Source of the DNA: an uncultured Gemmatimonadales bacterium
GTDB taxonomy: Bacteria > Gemmatimonadota > Gemmatimonadetes > Gemmatimonadales > GWC2-71-9
Assembly (NCBI GenBank): GCA_963748815.1
Contig: CAVVKJ010000008.1
Location: 96,001 to 160,000 of the forward strand
DNA length: 64,000 bases
Reading direction: 5' to 3'
Below the pieces are notes generated by a model that was given only the letters and a program-made list of their open reading frames with translations, did no database searches and was not told where the DNA came from. A program made the translations under genes and the position numbers. Positions 1 through 10,224 of the stretch are shown in pieces (position 1 is the stretch's first letter; each line of letters opens with the position of its first letter).

Positions 1-1
1 C

Positions 2-1846
2 ATGCGGGTGAGCAGTGGCAGCACGATTCTCCGCGGCGATCTCCGTCTCGAACAGCGCGGCAATGCGCTCACCGGAAGCCTGGCGCTCGAGTCGAGTGAC
101 GGCCCGCCGGTCGCCATTCAGGCGGGCCGGGTCGGCACCGGTGGGGACGTGGAGTTCAGCGTGGACGGCCCGGAGTCGATGCGATTCACCGGCCGGCGGA
201 ACGGGGCGGGGCTGGCGGGTCAGGTGGGGGTCGATCGGGGCCGCGCCTGGCAGTGGACCGCCGAGCGTCTCCCGGAGGGGGCGGAGTTCTACGCGGCGCT
301 GCCGCGCTTTCGTGTGGTGCAGCTGACGCTCGGACGAAACGTGACCGAGATTCGCCTGCCGGGCGCGTGGGTGGCGGCGGCAGAGCAGGGTGACGGCGCC
401 GCCGCGCGCGCGGCGGCGCTCGCCACGGCCGCCGGCCTGACGCCCATCCCCGCCGATTCGATTCGCGACCTCGGCTACTTGCCCGCGCTGGGCCTGGCGC
501 GGCGGGCGGAGCTCGTTCCCGCCCTGGTGCGGGCGCTCGAGGCGATCCGCGCCGACTTGCCGCCGGGCGAGCGTCCGCAGTTCGACGCGCTCTTCCGGCC
601 GCGCGGCGAATGGCTGGTGGACCTGCACGCCGCCGCCCTCGACGCGGCGCGCCATCGATTTCGGAGCGCCACCTGGGAGGACGCGGAGCCGGCCCTGGCC
701 GGGTCCGGGCTCCTCCCCTCCAACCTTCCGGCCGGCGCCTCGATCATTCCCATCGCGCTCTATCGACTCGCGGTGCTCCGCGAGCGGGACAGCCTCGCGT
801 TCGAGGCCGCGCGGGACCGACTCCAGCGCGGGGGGGACGCGTCGGCGCGGGTCACCGACGCGCTCCTCGACGGCTACCGCGACGCCGCCCCCTGGCAGGG
901 ACAGGCGGTGGCGTTCCTGCTTTCGGCCAACTGGGTGCAGGACGCGCGGGGGCGCACCTCCCTCGCCGGCCTGATGCGGGCGGCGTGGGACGACCCCGAC
1001 CTCCCGATCCCCGCGATCCGGCCCCGCTTCTTCGGCATTCCCGAAGCGATTCCCCGGGTGGGAATTCCCGGCGAGGCGGTGCGGCGGATGGTCGTTCCCG
1101 AAAACTGGGCGGCGGAGCAGTGGGCGGCGTTTCGCGGTGCCGGTGCGGTGCTCGATGTGGTGCGCCGGCTCCGGCTCGACATCGGCGTCAACACGACGCT
1201 CGACGCCGACGGGCCGTGGCTGGTGACGAGCGTGGCCCGGGAGGCCGCGGCCACGCCGGCCGGATTTCTCGAGTCGCTCGACGAGATCGTTGAGGACCCC
1301 GGGAGCCCGCCGCTCTTCGCGGTGGCGACGGCGCTCCACGAGTGGCAGCACCTGCTGATGGAGCGGTATCGGCTCCTCCAGGAGGACGAGGGCACCCTGC
1401 AGCCGGCCGGGACGGGGCTCCGCTACGTGGCCGCGGACCTCTTCCTGGCCGAGGGCTACGCGGAGTGGGCCACGGCCCGCATGCTGGCGCCGGTGCTGGC
1501 GCGCGTGCCGATGCTCGGGGTCGGCGACGCACAGAAGCTCGCCGTGCTCGAGGCCGAAGATGCGGCCAATCCGCATGTGCTCGGGCTCCAGATGCTGCGG
1601 GCCCTCGACGCCGCGCTCGGCTCCCCGGACGCCGCCCGCAACCTCGTGTTCGCGCACGCGGACTCCCCGGCGGCCGTGGCCGCCGCCGTACCCGCGTGGC
1701 GGCACGCCGAGACGCCGGACCGGGTGCTGGCAGCCCGCGGCCAGCGCAAGCTGACACCCGAGACTATTTTTACGATTGAAGACGGGGTCGGTGACGTCAT
1801 CGGTGCGCGCATCCGCGTCGCACCCGATCCCTCGGCAACCCGATAG
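2..1846 (+). CDS. Hypothetical protein with a gluzincin-type metallopeptidase motif (5' end probably outside the window)
   Basis: 614-aa ORF; ALHEWQH (HExxH) followed about 35 aa later by LAEGYAE (third-ligand ExxA/E motif). Confidence 0.6.
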   Translation: MRVSSGSTILRGDLRLEQRGNALTGSLALESSDGPPVAIQAGRVGTGGDVEFSVDGPESMRFTGRRNGAGLAGQVGVDRGRAWQWTAERLPEGAEFYAALPRFRVVQLTLGRNVTEIRLPGAWVAAAEQGDGAAARAAALATAAGLTPIPADSIRDLGYLPALGLARRAELVPALVRALEAIRADLPPGERPQFDALFRPRGEWLVDLHAAALDAARHRFRSATWEDAEPALAGSGLLPSNLPAGASIIPIALYRLAVLRERDSLAFEAARDRLQRGGDASARVTDALLDGYRDAAPWQGQAVAFLLSANWVQDARGRTSLAGLMRAAWDDPDLPIPAIRPRFFGIPEAIPRVGIPGEAVRRMVVPENWAAEQWAAFRGAGAVLDVVRRLRLDIGVNTTLDADGPWLVTSVAREAAATPAGFLESLDEIVEDPGSPPLFAVATALHEWQHLLMERYRLLQEDEGTLQPAGTGLRYVAADLFLAEGYAEWATARMLAPVLARVPMLGVGDAQKLAVLEAEDAANPHVLGLQMLRALDAALGSPDAARNLVFAHADSPAAVAAAVPAWRHAETPDRVLAARGQRKLTPETIFTIEDGVGDVIGARIRVAPDPSATR

Positions 1847-1854
1847 GTGCCTGC

Positions 1855-2721
1855 ATGACCGACACGCCGCGCTCGATCGTTCCGGCCGCTCCGGCCCTCA
1901 AGTCCCCCGAATTCGGGCTGGCCCTCGGCCTGGTGCTCGGGCGCTTCGCGCTCGACATGAACGACCTGCACTACGGCTACTGGACGCCGGACCTCCCGCT
2001 CACGGCGGCCAACCTCCCCGTGGCCCAGGCGCGGTACACCGACAAGCTCATCGCCGACATTCCGGAGGGGGTCACGTCGATCCTCGACGTCGGCTGCGGC
2101 GCCGGCAACACCGCGCGCAAGCTGCTCGACAAGGGCTACGAGGTGGTGTGCCTGTCGCCCAACGCCTGGCTGAACGTCGAGGCCCAGAAGGCGGTCGGCG
2201 ACCGGGCCGTCGTGTACCTGTCGCGGTTCGAAGACTTTGCGCTCGACCGGAAGTTCGACCTGATCCTCTTCAGCGAGAGCTTCCTGTTCATGAACGCCGA
2301 CCAGGCGCTGGCGAAGGCCGAGTCGATGCTCAATCCGGGCGGCTACATCCTGATTTCGGACATCTTCCGGGTGCCGTCGGACCAGAAGAGCCCCATCGGC
2401 GGCGGACAGGACATCCGCCGGTACCAGGCGCTGATGGCGGCGTCCCGGTTCGCCATGGTGAAGGACACCGACATGACGGCGGAAATCGCGCCGACCTTCG
2501 ACCTCCTGAACCTGGCGTACCAGGAGGCGATCATGCCGGCGTACGCGCTGATCCTCGCCAAGCTGGAGGCGTCCAATCCGCTGGTGATGAAGTTCGTGCG
2601 CTGGAAGTGGCGCAAGAAGTTCGCGAAACTCGAGGCGAAGCACTTCACCGGCCAGCGCACCGGCGCCCACTTTCGCGTCCACAAGAGCTATCGTCGCACC
2701 CTCTACCGGCTGGCGGCCTGA
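1855..2721 (+). CDS. Class I SAM-dependent methyltransferase
   Basis: DLHYGYW, motif I ILDVGCGAG, LFSES and LNPGG motifs; strong GC3 coding pattern. Confidence 0.9.
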   Translation: MTDTPRSIVPAAPALKSPEFGLALGLVLGRFALDMNDLHYGYWTPDLPLTAANLPVAQARYTDKLIADIPEGVTSILDVGCGAGNTARKLLDKGYEVVCLSPNAWLNVEAQKAVGDRAVVYLSRFEDFALDRKFDLILFSESFLFMNADQALAKAESMLNPGGYILISDIFRVPSDQKSPIGGGQDIRRYQALMAASRFAMVKDTDMTAEIAPTFDLLNLAYQEAIMPAYALILAKLEASNPLVMKFVRWKWRKKFAKLEAKHFTGQRTGAHFRVHKSYRRTLYRLAA

Positions 2722-3194
2722 TGGCGGCGGCCTCCGGCCCCGCCGTGGGGGCCAAGGCGCCCGCCTTCCGGCTCCCCTCGGACGCGGGTGAGCCGGTGGC
2801 GCTCACGGATTTCAAGGGCCGCCCCGTCGTGCTGTACTTCTACCCGAAGGACGACACCTCCGGCTGCACCACGGAGGCCTGCGAGTTCCGCGACAGCTGG
2901 CGCGCGGTCCAGGCGGCCGGTGCGGTGGTGCTCGGCGTGTCGCCGGATGGCGCCGCAAGTCACCAGAAATTCAAAAGGAAGTATGAGCTTCCGTTCACGC
3001 TGCTCGCCGACGAGGACCACGCCGTGGCCGAGGCGTACGGTGCCTGGGGCGAAAAGAGCATGTACGGGCGGAAGTATTTCGGGGTGCTCCGCAAGACGTT
3101 TGTCATAGACGGACGAGGGAAAATCACGCACTGCTTTCCCAAGGTGAAACCCCGCGGCCACGCCGCCGAAGTGCTCGCCGCCCTCGCGGAGTGA
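2721..3194 (+). CDS. bcp: Thioredoxin-dependent thiol peroxidase (BCP/PrxQ)
   Basis: VVLYFYPKDDTSGCTTEACEFRD (PxxxTxxC) motif; the ATG overlaps the upstream TGA. Confidence 0.95.
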   Translation: MAAASGPAVGAKAPAFRLPSDAGEPVALTDFKGRPVVLYFYPKDDTSGCTTEACEFRDSWRAVQAAGAVVLGVSPDGAASHQKFKRKYELPFTLLADEDHAVAEAYGAWGEKSMYGRKYFGVLRKTFVIDGRGKITHCFPKVKPRGHAAEVLAALAE

Positions 3195-3253
3195 CGCCGG
3201 CCCGTCCGTAGTCCTACGGATTGCCGGCCCCGCTGCGGGGACCGTACTCTGGT

Positions 3254-4342
3254 GTGCCCAAATACCTGGAGATTCCCATTCGTACCGCATCGTTCCTGGC
3301 CCTGCTGGCCGCCGCCCCGCTGCTCTCCTGCAGCAGCACCGTCAAGGTCGTCGCGACGCCCGCCATGCCGGTGGAGGCCCTGCCGGGCGAAACCCACCTC
3401 CGCAACATCCAGCAGCTGACGCACGGCGGCAACAATGCGGAGGCGTATTTTTCGAAGTCCGGCCGGCAGCTGATTTTTCAGCGCCAGGAAGACCTCGCCG
3501 CCGGGTGCGACCAGGAATACATCATGAATACCGATGGCACCGGCATGCAGCGGGTGTCGAACGGGCTCGGGCGCACGACCTGCGGATTCTTCTACGACAA
3601 CGACAAGCGGATCCTCTACAGCAGCACCTTCGAATTTGACGCGGCCTGTCCGGTGCGGCCCGACATGTCGAAGGGGTACGTCTGGCCGCTCGGGCACTTC
3701 GAGATCTATTCGGCGCGGAGCGACGGCACCGAGCTGACCAAGCTCACCGACGACAAGGCGTACAACGCCGAGGCCACGGTGTCTCCCGATGGCAAGCGGA
3801 TCATCTTCACCAGCACCCGCGACGGCGACATCGACCTGTACAGCATGAACATCGACGGGTCCGACGTCCGCCGCCTCACGTCACGCGTCGGGTACGACGG
3901 CGGGGCGTTCTACTCCCCGAACGGCAAGCAGATCGTGTGGCGCGCCTCGTATCCGGTCACGGCGGCGGACAGCGCCGATTACCGCGACCTGCTGACGCAG
4001 CGCCTGGTGCGGCCGGCCGCGCTCGAGCTCTGGGTGGCCAACGCCGACGGCAGCGACCCGCGCCAGGTCACCCGGATCGGCGGCGCCAACTTCGCCCCCT
4101 TCTTCACCCACGACGGCAAGCAGATCATCTTCACGTCGAACCACCTGGACCCGAAGGGGAGGAATTTCGACCTCTTCCTGGTCAACGTGGACGGCAGCGG
4201 GCTCGAGCAGATCACGACGGATCCCGATTTCGACGGCTTCCCGATGTTCAGCCCCGACGGCAAGCGCCTGGTCTGGGCCTCGAACCGGAACGCGAAGACC
4301 CGCGGCGAGACCAACGTCTTCATCGCGGAGTGGGTCAAGTAG
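3254..4342 (+). CDS. TolB-like PD40 beta-propeller lipoprotein (start uncertain)
   Basis: Repeated SPDGKRI/FSPDGK WD40-like PD40 motifs; LLSC lipobox. Confidence 0.85.
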   Translation: MPKYLEIPIRTASFLALLAAAPLLSCSSTVKVVATPAMPVEALPGETHLRNIQQLTHGGNNAEAYFSKSGRQLIFQRQEDLAAGCDQEYIMNTDGTGMQRVSNGLGRTTCGFFYDNDKRILYSSTFEFDAACPVRPDMSKGYVWPLGHFEIYSARSDGTELTKLTDDKAYNAEATVSPDGKRIIFTSTRDGDIDLYSMNIDGSDVRRLTSRVGYDGGAFYSPNGKQIVWRASYPVTAADSADYRDLLTQRLVRPAALELWVANADGSDPRQVTRIGGANFAPFFTHDGKQIIFTSNHLDPKGRNFDLFLVNVDGSGLEQITTDPDFDGFPMFSPDGKRLVWASNRNAKTRGETNVFIAEWVK

Positions 4343-4371
4343 CCGCGCGGCACCGGGCGGCAGGGGAAACT

Positions 4372-4410
4372 GCGGGGCATCGACGCGCGTACGGAGCGTC
4401 GATGCCCCGC
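4372..4410. repeat. 15-bp perfect inverted repeat (hairpin without U-tract)
   Basis: GCGGGGCATCGACGC-N9-GCGTCGATGCCCCGC between the PD40 gene and lepB. Confidence 0.6.
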
Positions 4411-4489
4411 GGCGCGACGCCCCTTCACCACGCGCGCGCCGCCGGTTAGGTTACCGCGCCCTCCCTCTCACCAGGACTCGACGACGCCC

Positions 4490-5212
4490 ATGGCCCAGCC
4501 CAAACCCGCTCCGGCACAGCCGGCCTTCCTGCTCTGGCTCTGGGAATGGGTCAAGTCCATCACCGTCGCGCTGCTCGTCTGGCTGGTCCTCCGGACCTTC
4601 CTGGTCCAGGCGTTCCGGATTCCCTCCGGCAGCATGGAAAACACCCTGCTCATCGGGGATTTCCTCTTCGTCAACAAGGCGCTCTACGGCGCGGAAATCC
4701 CGCTGATCCACAAGCGGCTCCCCGCGTTCCGGGAGCCGCAGCGCAACGACATCCTGGTCTTCGACTCCGTCGAGGAGCCGATCGACGTGGTCAAGCGCAT
4801 GGTGGGAATGCCGGGGGACACCCTGGCGATGGAAGGCGGGCAGCTGATTCGCAACGGCGTGCGGCTCGACGAGCCGTACGTGGTGCACGCGTCGCCACTG
4901 CCGCTGGCGGGGCCGGAACAGCGGTTCATCATGCGCCAGTGGCAGGTCAAGCATCTCGTGGGGCGCGACACTGCCACCTACAACCCCGATCTGCAAGACT
5001 GGGGGCCAATCGTCGTCGCCCCCGATTCGTACTTCATGATGGGCGACAGTCGCGACAACTCGCATGACAGCCGCATGTGGGGCTTCCTGCCGCGGAACAA
5101 CGTGCGCGGCCGCCCGATGTTCATCTACTACAGCTACGACGCCAAGAGCTGGAAGCCGGTGCCGTTCCTGACGGCGATTCGATGGGGACGGACCTTCAGC
5201 CGCCCGAGGTAG
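4490..5212 (+). CDS. lepB: Signal peptidase I
   Basis: IPSGSMENTL (catalytic Ser), VVKRMVGMPGD (catalytic Lys), MGDSRDNSHDSR; N-terminal TM segment. Confidence 0.97.
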   Translation: MAQPKPAPAQPAFLLWLWEWVKSITVALLVWLVLRTFLVQAFRIPSGSMENTLLIGDFLFVNKALYGAEIPLIHKRLPAFREPQRNDILVFDSVEEPIDVVKRMVGMPGDTLAMEGGQLIRNGVRLDEPYVVHASPLPLAGPEQRFIMRQWQVKHLVGRDTATYNPDLQDWGPIVVAPDSYFMMGDSRDNSHDSRMWGFLPRNNVRGRPMFIYYSYDAKSWKPVPFLTAIRWGRTFSRPR

Positions 5213-5391
5213 CGGCGGAACGCCCCGCGGGGCGGTTCCGGCGGTGGTGGCGCTTCCCCAGGAGCTGGGCGGAGGTGCGTCGCCTCGGCTGGCGCGCGGT
5301 GCTGGCGTTCGTGCTCTTCTACCTCGTGCGCGACCTGCTGCTCTACGTGCTCCTGCCCTACCTCGTCTATCGCGAGGTCGTGACGCCCTAG
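5209..5391 (+). CDS. Small basic membrane protein (start uncertain)
   Basis: Reads ...RRLGWRAVLAFVLFYLVRDLLLYVLLPYLVY...; coding-like GC3 and one hydrophobic segment, but no canonical start codon. Confidence 0.45.
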   Translation, partial: VAAERPAGRFRRWWRFPRSWAEVRRLGWRAVLAFVLFYLVRDLLLYVLLPYLVYREVVTP

Positions 5392-5657
5392 CCGGCCTCG
5401 GGCGGATGATACGGGGATTCCGGCGAACGCGAGGGATCGGGGGCCCGGGGCAGGTACGCCGCGCTCCGGCCGCACTTGGTACAGTGCAGGGCAATGCGGC
5501 CAAGTTCCGGCGGCGCGCTGGCGGGGGGACGCTTGGGGGTGCGGGTAATCGATTCGGTACCGCAGGAGGGGCAGACCAAGGGCTTCCCGTCACGGTCAGC
5601 TGCGACCAGGGCGAGCGCTTCCGGCGCACGGAATTCCTTGATGCCCCGACGGCCCAT
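5388..5657 (-). CDS. Small zinc-ribbon protein (89 aa)
   Basis: CPSC...CTKC pair; GAAGGA-like SD sequence upstream of the ATG. Confidence 0.6.
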   Translation of the reverse strand: MGRRGIKEFRAPEALALVAADRDGKPLVCPSCGTESITRTPKRPPASAPPELGRIALHCTKCGRSAAYLPRAPDPSRSPESPYHPPEAG

Positions 5658-5860
5658 GGGCGGTCCTTCCGAGGGGCGAGTGTCGCCCCCGCTCCAATCT
5701 ACGGTTTGCCGATGGACCGCGCAAAGCCGTCCCGACGGGCCTGCCGACTCCCGATCCGGCTCTGGCGTGATGGTGGCGATAAGGTGTAGCGACGGTGTCG
5801 CCAAATCTTGCTCCTCCCCACATTTCCTGTCCTGATTCCATTCGCCGCAGCCGGTTCGGC

Positions 5861-5889
5861 TTGACTGGACCCCGCCGGTGTGGTACGTT
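5861..5889 (+). promoter_or_regulatory. Sigma70-like promoter
   Basis: TTGACT-N17-TACGTT with a TG extended -10 element. Confidence 0.6.
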
Positions 5890-5963
5890 GGCGCCGGCAA
5901 GGCTTAACGCGACATAGCGTTACGCCGTCCCAACCCCTGCTGTCCCGGTCTGAAGGAGTCCCC

Positions 5964-6371
5964 GTGGTGTCTGAACTCGGCGGTGCACAAATCTCCACCC
6001 TCCTCGAGAGCCTTCCGGGCATCGCGACGGTGCTGCGGAGTCCTGTGGCGGACGCCCTGGTAAATATCATCCGTGCCGCGGCCCGACTCTCGGAGTTCGA
6101 CATCGCCGATGCCGATGAACTGGTCAAATACGCCACCCGTCGCGGGCTCCTGGCCGAGGATGAAGGCGACCGATTGATGTCCGACCTGCAGGCGGCGCAC
6201 CAGAAGAAACTCGACCGGATCGCGGCCCGGCCAAAGCCCGGGGCCGCCAAGGCGGCCAAGGGAACCAAGGCGAAGCCGAAACCGAAGGCCAAGCCCAAGG
6301 CGACGGCGGTCAAGAAAGCGCCCACCAGGAAGGCGCCGGTCAAGAAGGGCCCCGCCAAGAAGAAGCACTAG
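5964..6371 (+). CDS. Phasin/PhaF-like helical protein with a histone-H1-like Lys/Ala/Pro tail
   Basis: GAAGGAG SD; ELVKYATRRGLLAEDEGDRLMSDL helical motif, then KAAKGTKAKPKPKAKPKATAVKKAP. Confidence 0.7.
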   Translation: MVSELGGAQISTLLESLPGIATVLRSPVADALVNIIRAAARLSEFDIADADELVKYATRRGLLAEDEGDRLMSDLQAAHQKKLDRIAARPKPGAAKAAKGTKAKPKPKAKPKATAVKKAPTRKAPVKKGPAKKKH

Positions 6372-6388
6372 GTTCGCCCTCCCAAGAG

Positions 6389-6423
6389 AAAGCGCCCCCC
6401 GGCATCGAGCCGGGGGGCGCTTT
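6389..6423. terminator. Bidirectional intrinsic terminator
   Basis: AAAGCGCCCCCCGGC-ATCGA-GCCGGGGGGCGCTTT between convergent genes. Confidence 0.9.
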
Positions 6424-6443
6424 GTCGTGGAGCCGGCGGCGGC

Positions 6444-8138
6444 TCAGGTACGGAAGGCGTTCATGGCGTCGGTCAGTCGCGTCGCGCCCTGCAGGAGATC
6501 GCCGGCGGCAGCCGCCATCTCCTCGGTCGAGGCGCTCTGCTCTTCCGCCGCCGCGGTCACTTCCTGGCTGGCGGAGGCGTGCTCCGTGGCCGAGGCCGCC
6601 ACTTCGGCCGTCTTGCCGCCGAGCTGGTCGACGATCGTCCGGTTGAGGGCCGCCTGCGCGGAGACCACCGCGGCGGCGGTCCGCACCTCCTGCACCGCGG
6701 CGCCGATGTCGTCGAGTGCGCGGGCGGCGGCACCCGCCACCCCCTCGATGCCCCGCACCTTCCCGGTGCCGATCTGCATCGTGCCCGACACCTCGCGCAC
6801 CTGGTTGCGGATGAACTGCACCGTCTTGGTCACATCCTCGGCGGCCCGCGCGCTGGAGTCCGCGAGGTGCCGGACCTCCTCCGCCACCACCGCAAATCCC
6901 CGCCCATGTTCCCCCGCGCGCGCCGCCTCGATGGCGGCGTTGAGCGCGAGCAGGTTGGTCTGCGAGGAGATCTGCTTGATCAGGTCGATGAACTCGGTGA
7001 TCGACTCCGACTTCCGCGCCAGTTCCTGCACCTGCTGGGCGGACGTCTGCACCACTTCCCGGACGTCGAGCAGGGTCTGGCCCGCGGCCGCCACGTCGGT
7101 CCGGTGCCGGACGGCGAGGTCCCGGATGGTGTCGCCGAGGGCCACGACGCGGGTCGAGGCCTCGTCGGCCTGAGCGGCGGTGGCCCGGAGCCGGCCGAGG
7201 AGTTCGTCGGCGTCGCGCATCCCGTGCACCTGGGTCTCGGCGCTGTGCGACATCTTCACCATCGCCGTCGAGATTTCGCCGCTGCTGGCCGCCAGCTCCT
7301 CGCTCATCGCGGAGAAATCGCTGGCGCTCCCCGAGATCTGGTTCGACTCCTTCACCACGATGCCCACGACTTCGCGGAGGCGGGCCGCCATTTCATCCAT
7401 GGCGCCGGCCAGCCGCCCGAGCTCGGTCGGCATCTCGCCGAGGGTCACGGGGCGGAGGTCGCCGCCGCCGAACCGTTCCGCGGCGCCGACGAGCCGGCGG
7501 AGGGGGAGGTCCACCGTGCGGACGGTGTAGATCGTGGTGGCGACGCCGAGGACCAGCGCCAGCCCGAAGAGCGCCCAGACGTTCCGCTCGCGCCGGCCCG
7601 CCTCCTGGCGCAGCGCCTGGATGCGGATCAGCGCCCGGGCGCTCTGGGAGCGGGAGAGGGCGCGGACGTCGGCCACCAGCGTGTCGGCGGGGGCGCGGGC
7701 GGCGTCGGCAAACCGGCGCGCCTCCGCATCGCGGCCGAGGTCGGCGAGCGCGTGCGCCATCGAGTAGGAGACTTCGATCATCGCCTGTTCTTCGGCGATC
7801 TTGTTCGTGATGTAGCGGTCCTGCGTCGAGAGGCCCGACAGCTGCCGGAAGGTCTGCTGGTAGGCGTAGGCGGAATCGCCGCTGGCGATGAACTCCCGCT
7901 GCAGCGCCACCGACGGGTCGAGGAGGTACTGCTCCGCGCTCCGGATTTCGTTGAGCACCGCGCCGACCAGCCCGCTGCCGGCCTCGGTGCCGGCCAGCAG
8001 GGCGGAGGTCTCGACCTCGACCGCCTGGCTGATGGAACGCACCGCGCGGGTGGCGCTCACGGCGATCAGGAGGACGAGCGTCACCAGCACCGCCATGCCG
8101 AGGCTCACCCGGCTCCGGAGGCTCTTGAGGAGGTTCAT
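6444..8138 (-). CDS. Methyl-accepting chemotaxis protein (2 TM, helical periplasmic sensor, HAMP, MA domain)
   Basis: [31 protein letters not shown] hairpin signature. Confidence 0.96.
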   Translation of the reverse strand: MNLLKSLRSRVSLGMAVLVTLVLLIAVSATRAVRSISQAVEVETSALLAGTEAGSGLVGAVLNEIRSAEQYLLDPSVALQREFIASGDSAYAYQQTFRQLSGLSTQDRYITNKIAEEQAMIEVSYSMAHALADLGRDAEARRFADAARAPADTLVADVRALSRSQSARALIRIQALRQEAGRRERNVWALFGLALVLGVATTIYTVRTVDLPLRRLVGAAERFGGGDLRPVTLGEMPTELGRLAGAMDEMAARLREVVGIVVKESNQISGSASDFSAMSEELAASSGEISTAMVKMSHSAETQVHGMRDADELLGRLRATAAQADEASTRVVALGDTIRDLAVRHRTDVAAAGQTLLDVREVVQTSAQQVQELARKSESITEFIDLIKQISSQTNLLALNAAIEAARAGEHGRGFAVVAEEVRHLADSSARAAEDVTKTVQFIRNQVREVSGTMQIGTGKVRGIEGVAGAAARALDDIGAAVQEVRTAAAVVSAQAALNRTIVDQLGGKTAEVAASATEHASASQEVTAAAEEQSASTEEMAAAAGDLLQGATRLTDAMNAFRT

Positions 8139-9277
8139 TGCCCCCCCGCCAGTTGCATGACGCCGTCGCGCACCTCGCCGACGTAAATCTTCAGGCTCGG
8201 CACGTCGCCGTTCTCGTCGAAGGCGATGGTGCCCATGGCCCCCTCGTAGGCCGGCGTCGTGGTGCCGATGCCGGCAAAGGCATCCCGCACCGCCTGCCGG
8301 TCCGTCCCCACCCGCTGCATCGTCTCCCGCAGCATGTACACCGCGTCATACGCCGCGGCGCCCGACCCGTTCGGGTCGCCCGCCGCCGGGAACCGGGCGC
8401 GATAGGCCTCGACGAAGCGGCGGTTGGCGGGGGTGTCCGTCTGCGGGAAGTACGACGAGGTGACATACGTGCCGTTGGCGACCGGTCCGGCGAGCGCGAT
8501 CTGCTCCAGGCCGTCGCCGCCCATGGCCGGGATGCCGAGGTTCTTCTTCCGGGCCTCCGTCAGGATGGTGCGGCCGTCGAGGTCGTAGCCGGCGATGACC
8601 ATGAACTGCGCCCGCTTGTTGCGCGTGAGGAGGTCCACGTACGGACTCACGTCCGGCGTGTCGCCCAGATAGGGATAGGCGCCGATCACGCTGCCCTGGA
8701 GCGAGGTGAACTCCGTCTCGAAGGCGGTGCGGATGCCGCGGCCGTATTCGCTGTTGGTGTAGAACACCGCCCCCCGTGTGAACCCCAGCCGCTCGCTCGC
8801 CCAGTGGGCCAGCGCCGACCCGTGCGCCAGGTCGCTGGGGCAGACGCGGAAGGTGTAGGGGCCGGCGTCGGTCACCGCCGGGGCGGACGCGGCGGGGGCG
8901 ATTTCCAGGAGGGGGTTGTCGCCGCCGTTGTAGACCGGCGCCGCCGCCAGCGTCGGACCCGAGAATCCATGGCCGATGACGGCCACGACCGGCGAGTTGT
9001 AGAAGTCGGTCGCCACGACGATCGCGGAGTCGGTGTCGGCGTAGTCCTCGCGTTCCACCAGCTGGATGGGGCGGCCGTTGACGCCGCCCGCCGCGTTGAT
9101 TTCCTCTACGGCCAGCTGGGCGCCGTAACGGATGGGCAGACTCAGCGGGTCGGTGAAGTTGGCCGCCACCCCGATCTGGATGGCACCACTGCCACCGCCG
9201 CAGGCGGCAACGAGAACAAGACCCAGGAGGACCGCGCCAAGGCGCGTGCCACCCGGCCGACGAGAATGCAGGACCAC
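8135..9277 (-). CDS. LivJ/LivK-type (periplasmic binding fold type 1) substrate-binding lipoprotein
   Basis: LVAAC lipobox; [36 protein letters not shown] and G.IAFDENGD motifs. Confidence 0.92.
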   Translation of the reverse strand: MVLHSRRPGGTRLGAVLLGLVLVAACGGGSGAIQIGVAANFTDPLSLPIRYGAQLAVEEINAAGGVNGRPIQLVEREDYADTDSAIVVATDFYNSPVVAVIGHGFSGPTLAAAPVYNGGDNPLLEIAPAASAPAVTDAGPYTFRVCPSDLAHGSALAHWASERLGFTRGAVFYTNSEYGRGIRTAFETEFTSLQGSVIGAYPYLGDTPDVSPYVDLLTRNKRAQFMVIAGYDLDGRTILTEARKKNLGIPAMGGDGLEQIALAGPVANGTYVTSSYFPQTDTPANRRFVEAYRARFPAAGDPNGSGAAAYDAVYMLRETMQRVGTDRQAVRDAFAGIGTTTPAYEGAMGTIAFDENGDVPSLKIYVGEVRDGVMQLAGGQ

Positions 9278-9346
9278 GTCAGGCTCCGGGCGTGATGCTG
9301 TGGAAATCCGCGCGAACGGACAGGTGCTCAGGGGAGATACCGTAGG

Positions 9347-9898
9347 TTAGCCGGGTGGACGGGGCTTTGCAATCGGCGGTGGGCGTGTTTCGCCGACGTT
9401 CCAGCCGTCGAGGACGGGGCCGTCCACGAGGCTGACCGACGTTTCGATCCGGCCCGCACCCGAACGCCAGGTGAGACGCAGCATTTGCGTACCGAGAATC
9501 CACTGCGCCATCCCCTGGGCGCCCTGCACCGTGGCAGGTTGCGGACCGTACGTGCCTTCGATCTCGTCGCGCCACCGGAGGAAGTCGGCGGTGGGAAGGG
9601 TGGCGGAAACGGTCACGACGCCGGTAAGGCTGTCGATGGCGGCGAGCCAGACCGCGACCGGCGTGCTGGTCACGGGATCGACCGCCGTGGCCCGGCATTC
9701 CTGCAGCCGGGGATCGGCGGTGCTGCGCTGGCAGGACAGTCCCTTGCCCAGCAGGAGCCGGACCTGCGCGTCGGTGGCGGCGAGCGACACGCCGGCGCGG
9801 AACCCGTAAAACGAGAGCGAGGCGCCCTGCGCCTCGGCGGGCGCGGCCGCGCAGAGGCCGAGCAGCGCGAGGGCGAGTCCCGGCGGGACGCGGATCAA
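9347..9898 (-). CDS. Secreted hypothetical protein
   Basis: Signal peptide ([17 protein letters not shown]) and a Cys pair; the start overlaps the cspA stop. Confidence 0.6.
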   Translation of the reverse strand: MIRVPPGLALALLGLCAAAPAEAQGASLSFYGFRAGVSLAATDAQVRLLLGKGLSCQRSTADPRLQECRATAVDPVTSTPVAVWLAAIDSLTGVVTVSATLPTADFLRWRDEIEGTYGPQPATVQGAQGMAQWILGTQMLRLTWRSGAGRIETSVSLVDGPVLDGWNVGETRPPPIAKPRPPG

Positions 9899-10095
9899 CC
9901 CTTCCGGACGTTGGCCGCCTGGAGGCCCTTGGGACCCTCGACGATGTCAAACTCGACCGCATCTCCCTCGGCGAGGGAGCGGAATCCCTCCATCGTAATC
10001 GCGGTGTGGTGCACGAAGACGTCCTTCCCGCCTTCCTGCGCGATGAACCCGAACCCCTTCGCGTCATTGAACCACTTCACGGTGCCCTTCGCCAT
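9895..10095 (-). CDS. cspA: Cold-shock protein
   Basis: [16 protein letters not shown]...DVFVHH RNP1/RNP2 motifs. Confidence 0.97.
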   Translation of the reverse strand: MAKGTVKWFNDAKGFGFIAQEGGKDVFVHHTAITMEGFRSLAEGDAVEFDIVEGPKGLQAANVRKG

Positions 10096-10224
10096 TGCCG
10101 CAACCTCGGTTCAGCGGGAAAAAAATGGCCGATCGGAGCTGGCGCATCCGAGCGGCGGGACCTATGACGACTCCATCTTTCGACTGCCACGCATGATCCA
10201 AGCTGCGACGAGCGGGGATTTCTG

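Noticed and set aside
1776..2720. Long N-terminal extension of BCP (472-aa ORF)
   Set aside because: It overlaps the methyltransferase in another frame; BCP starts at the coupled ATG 2721.
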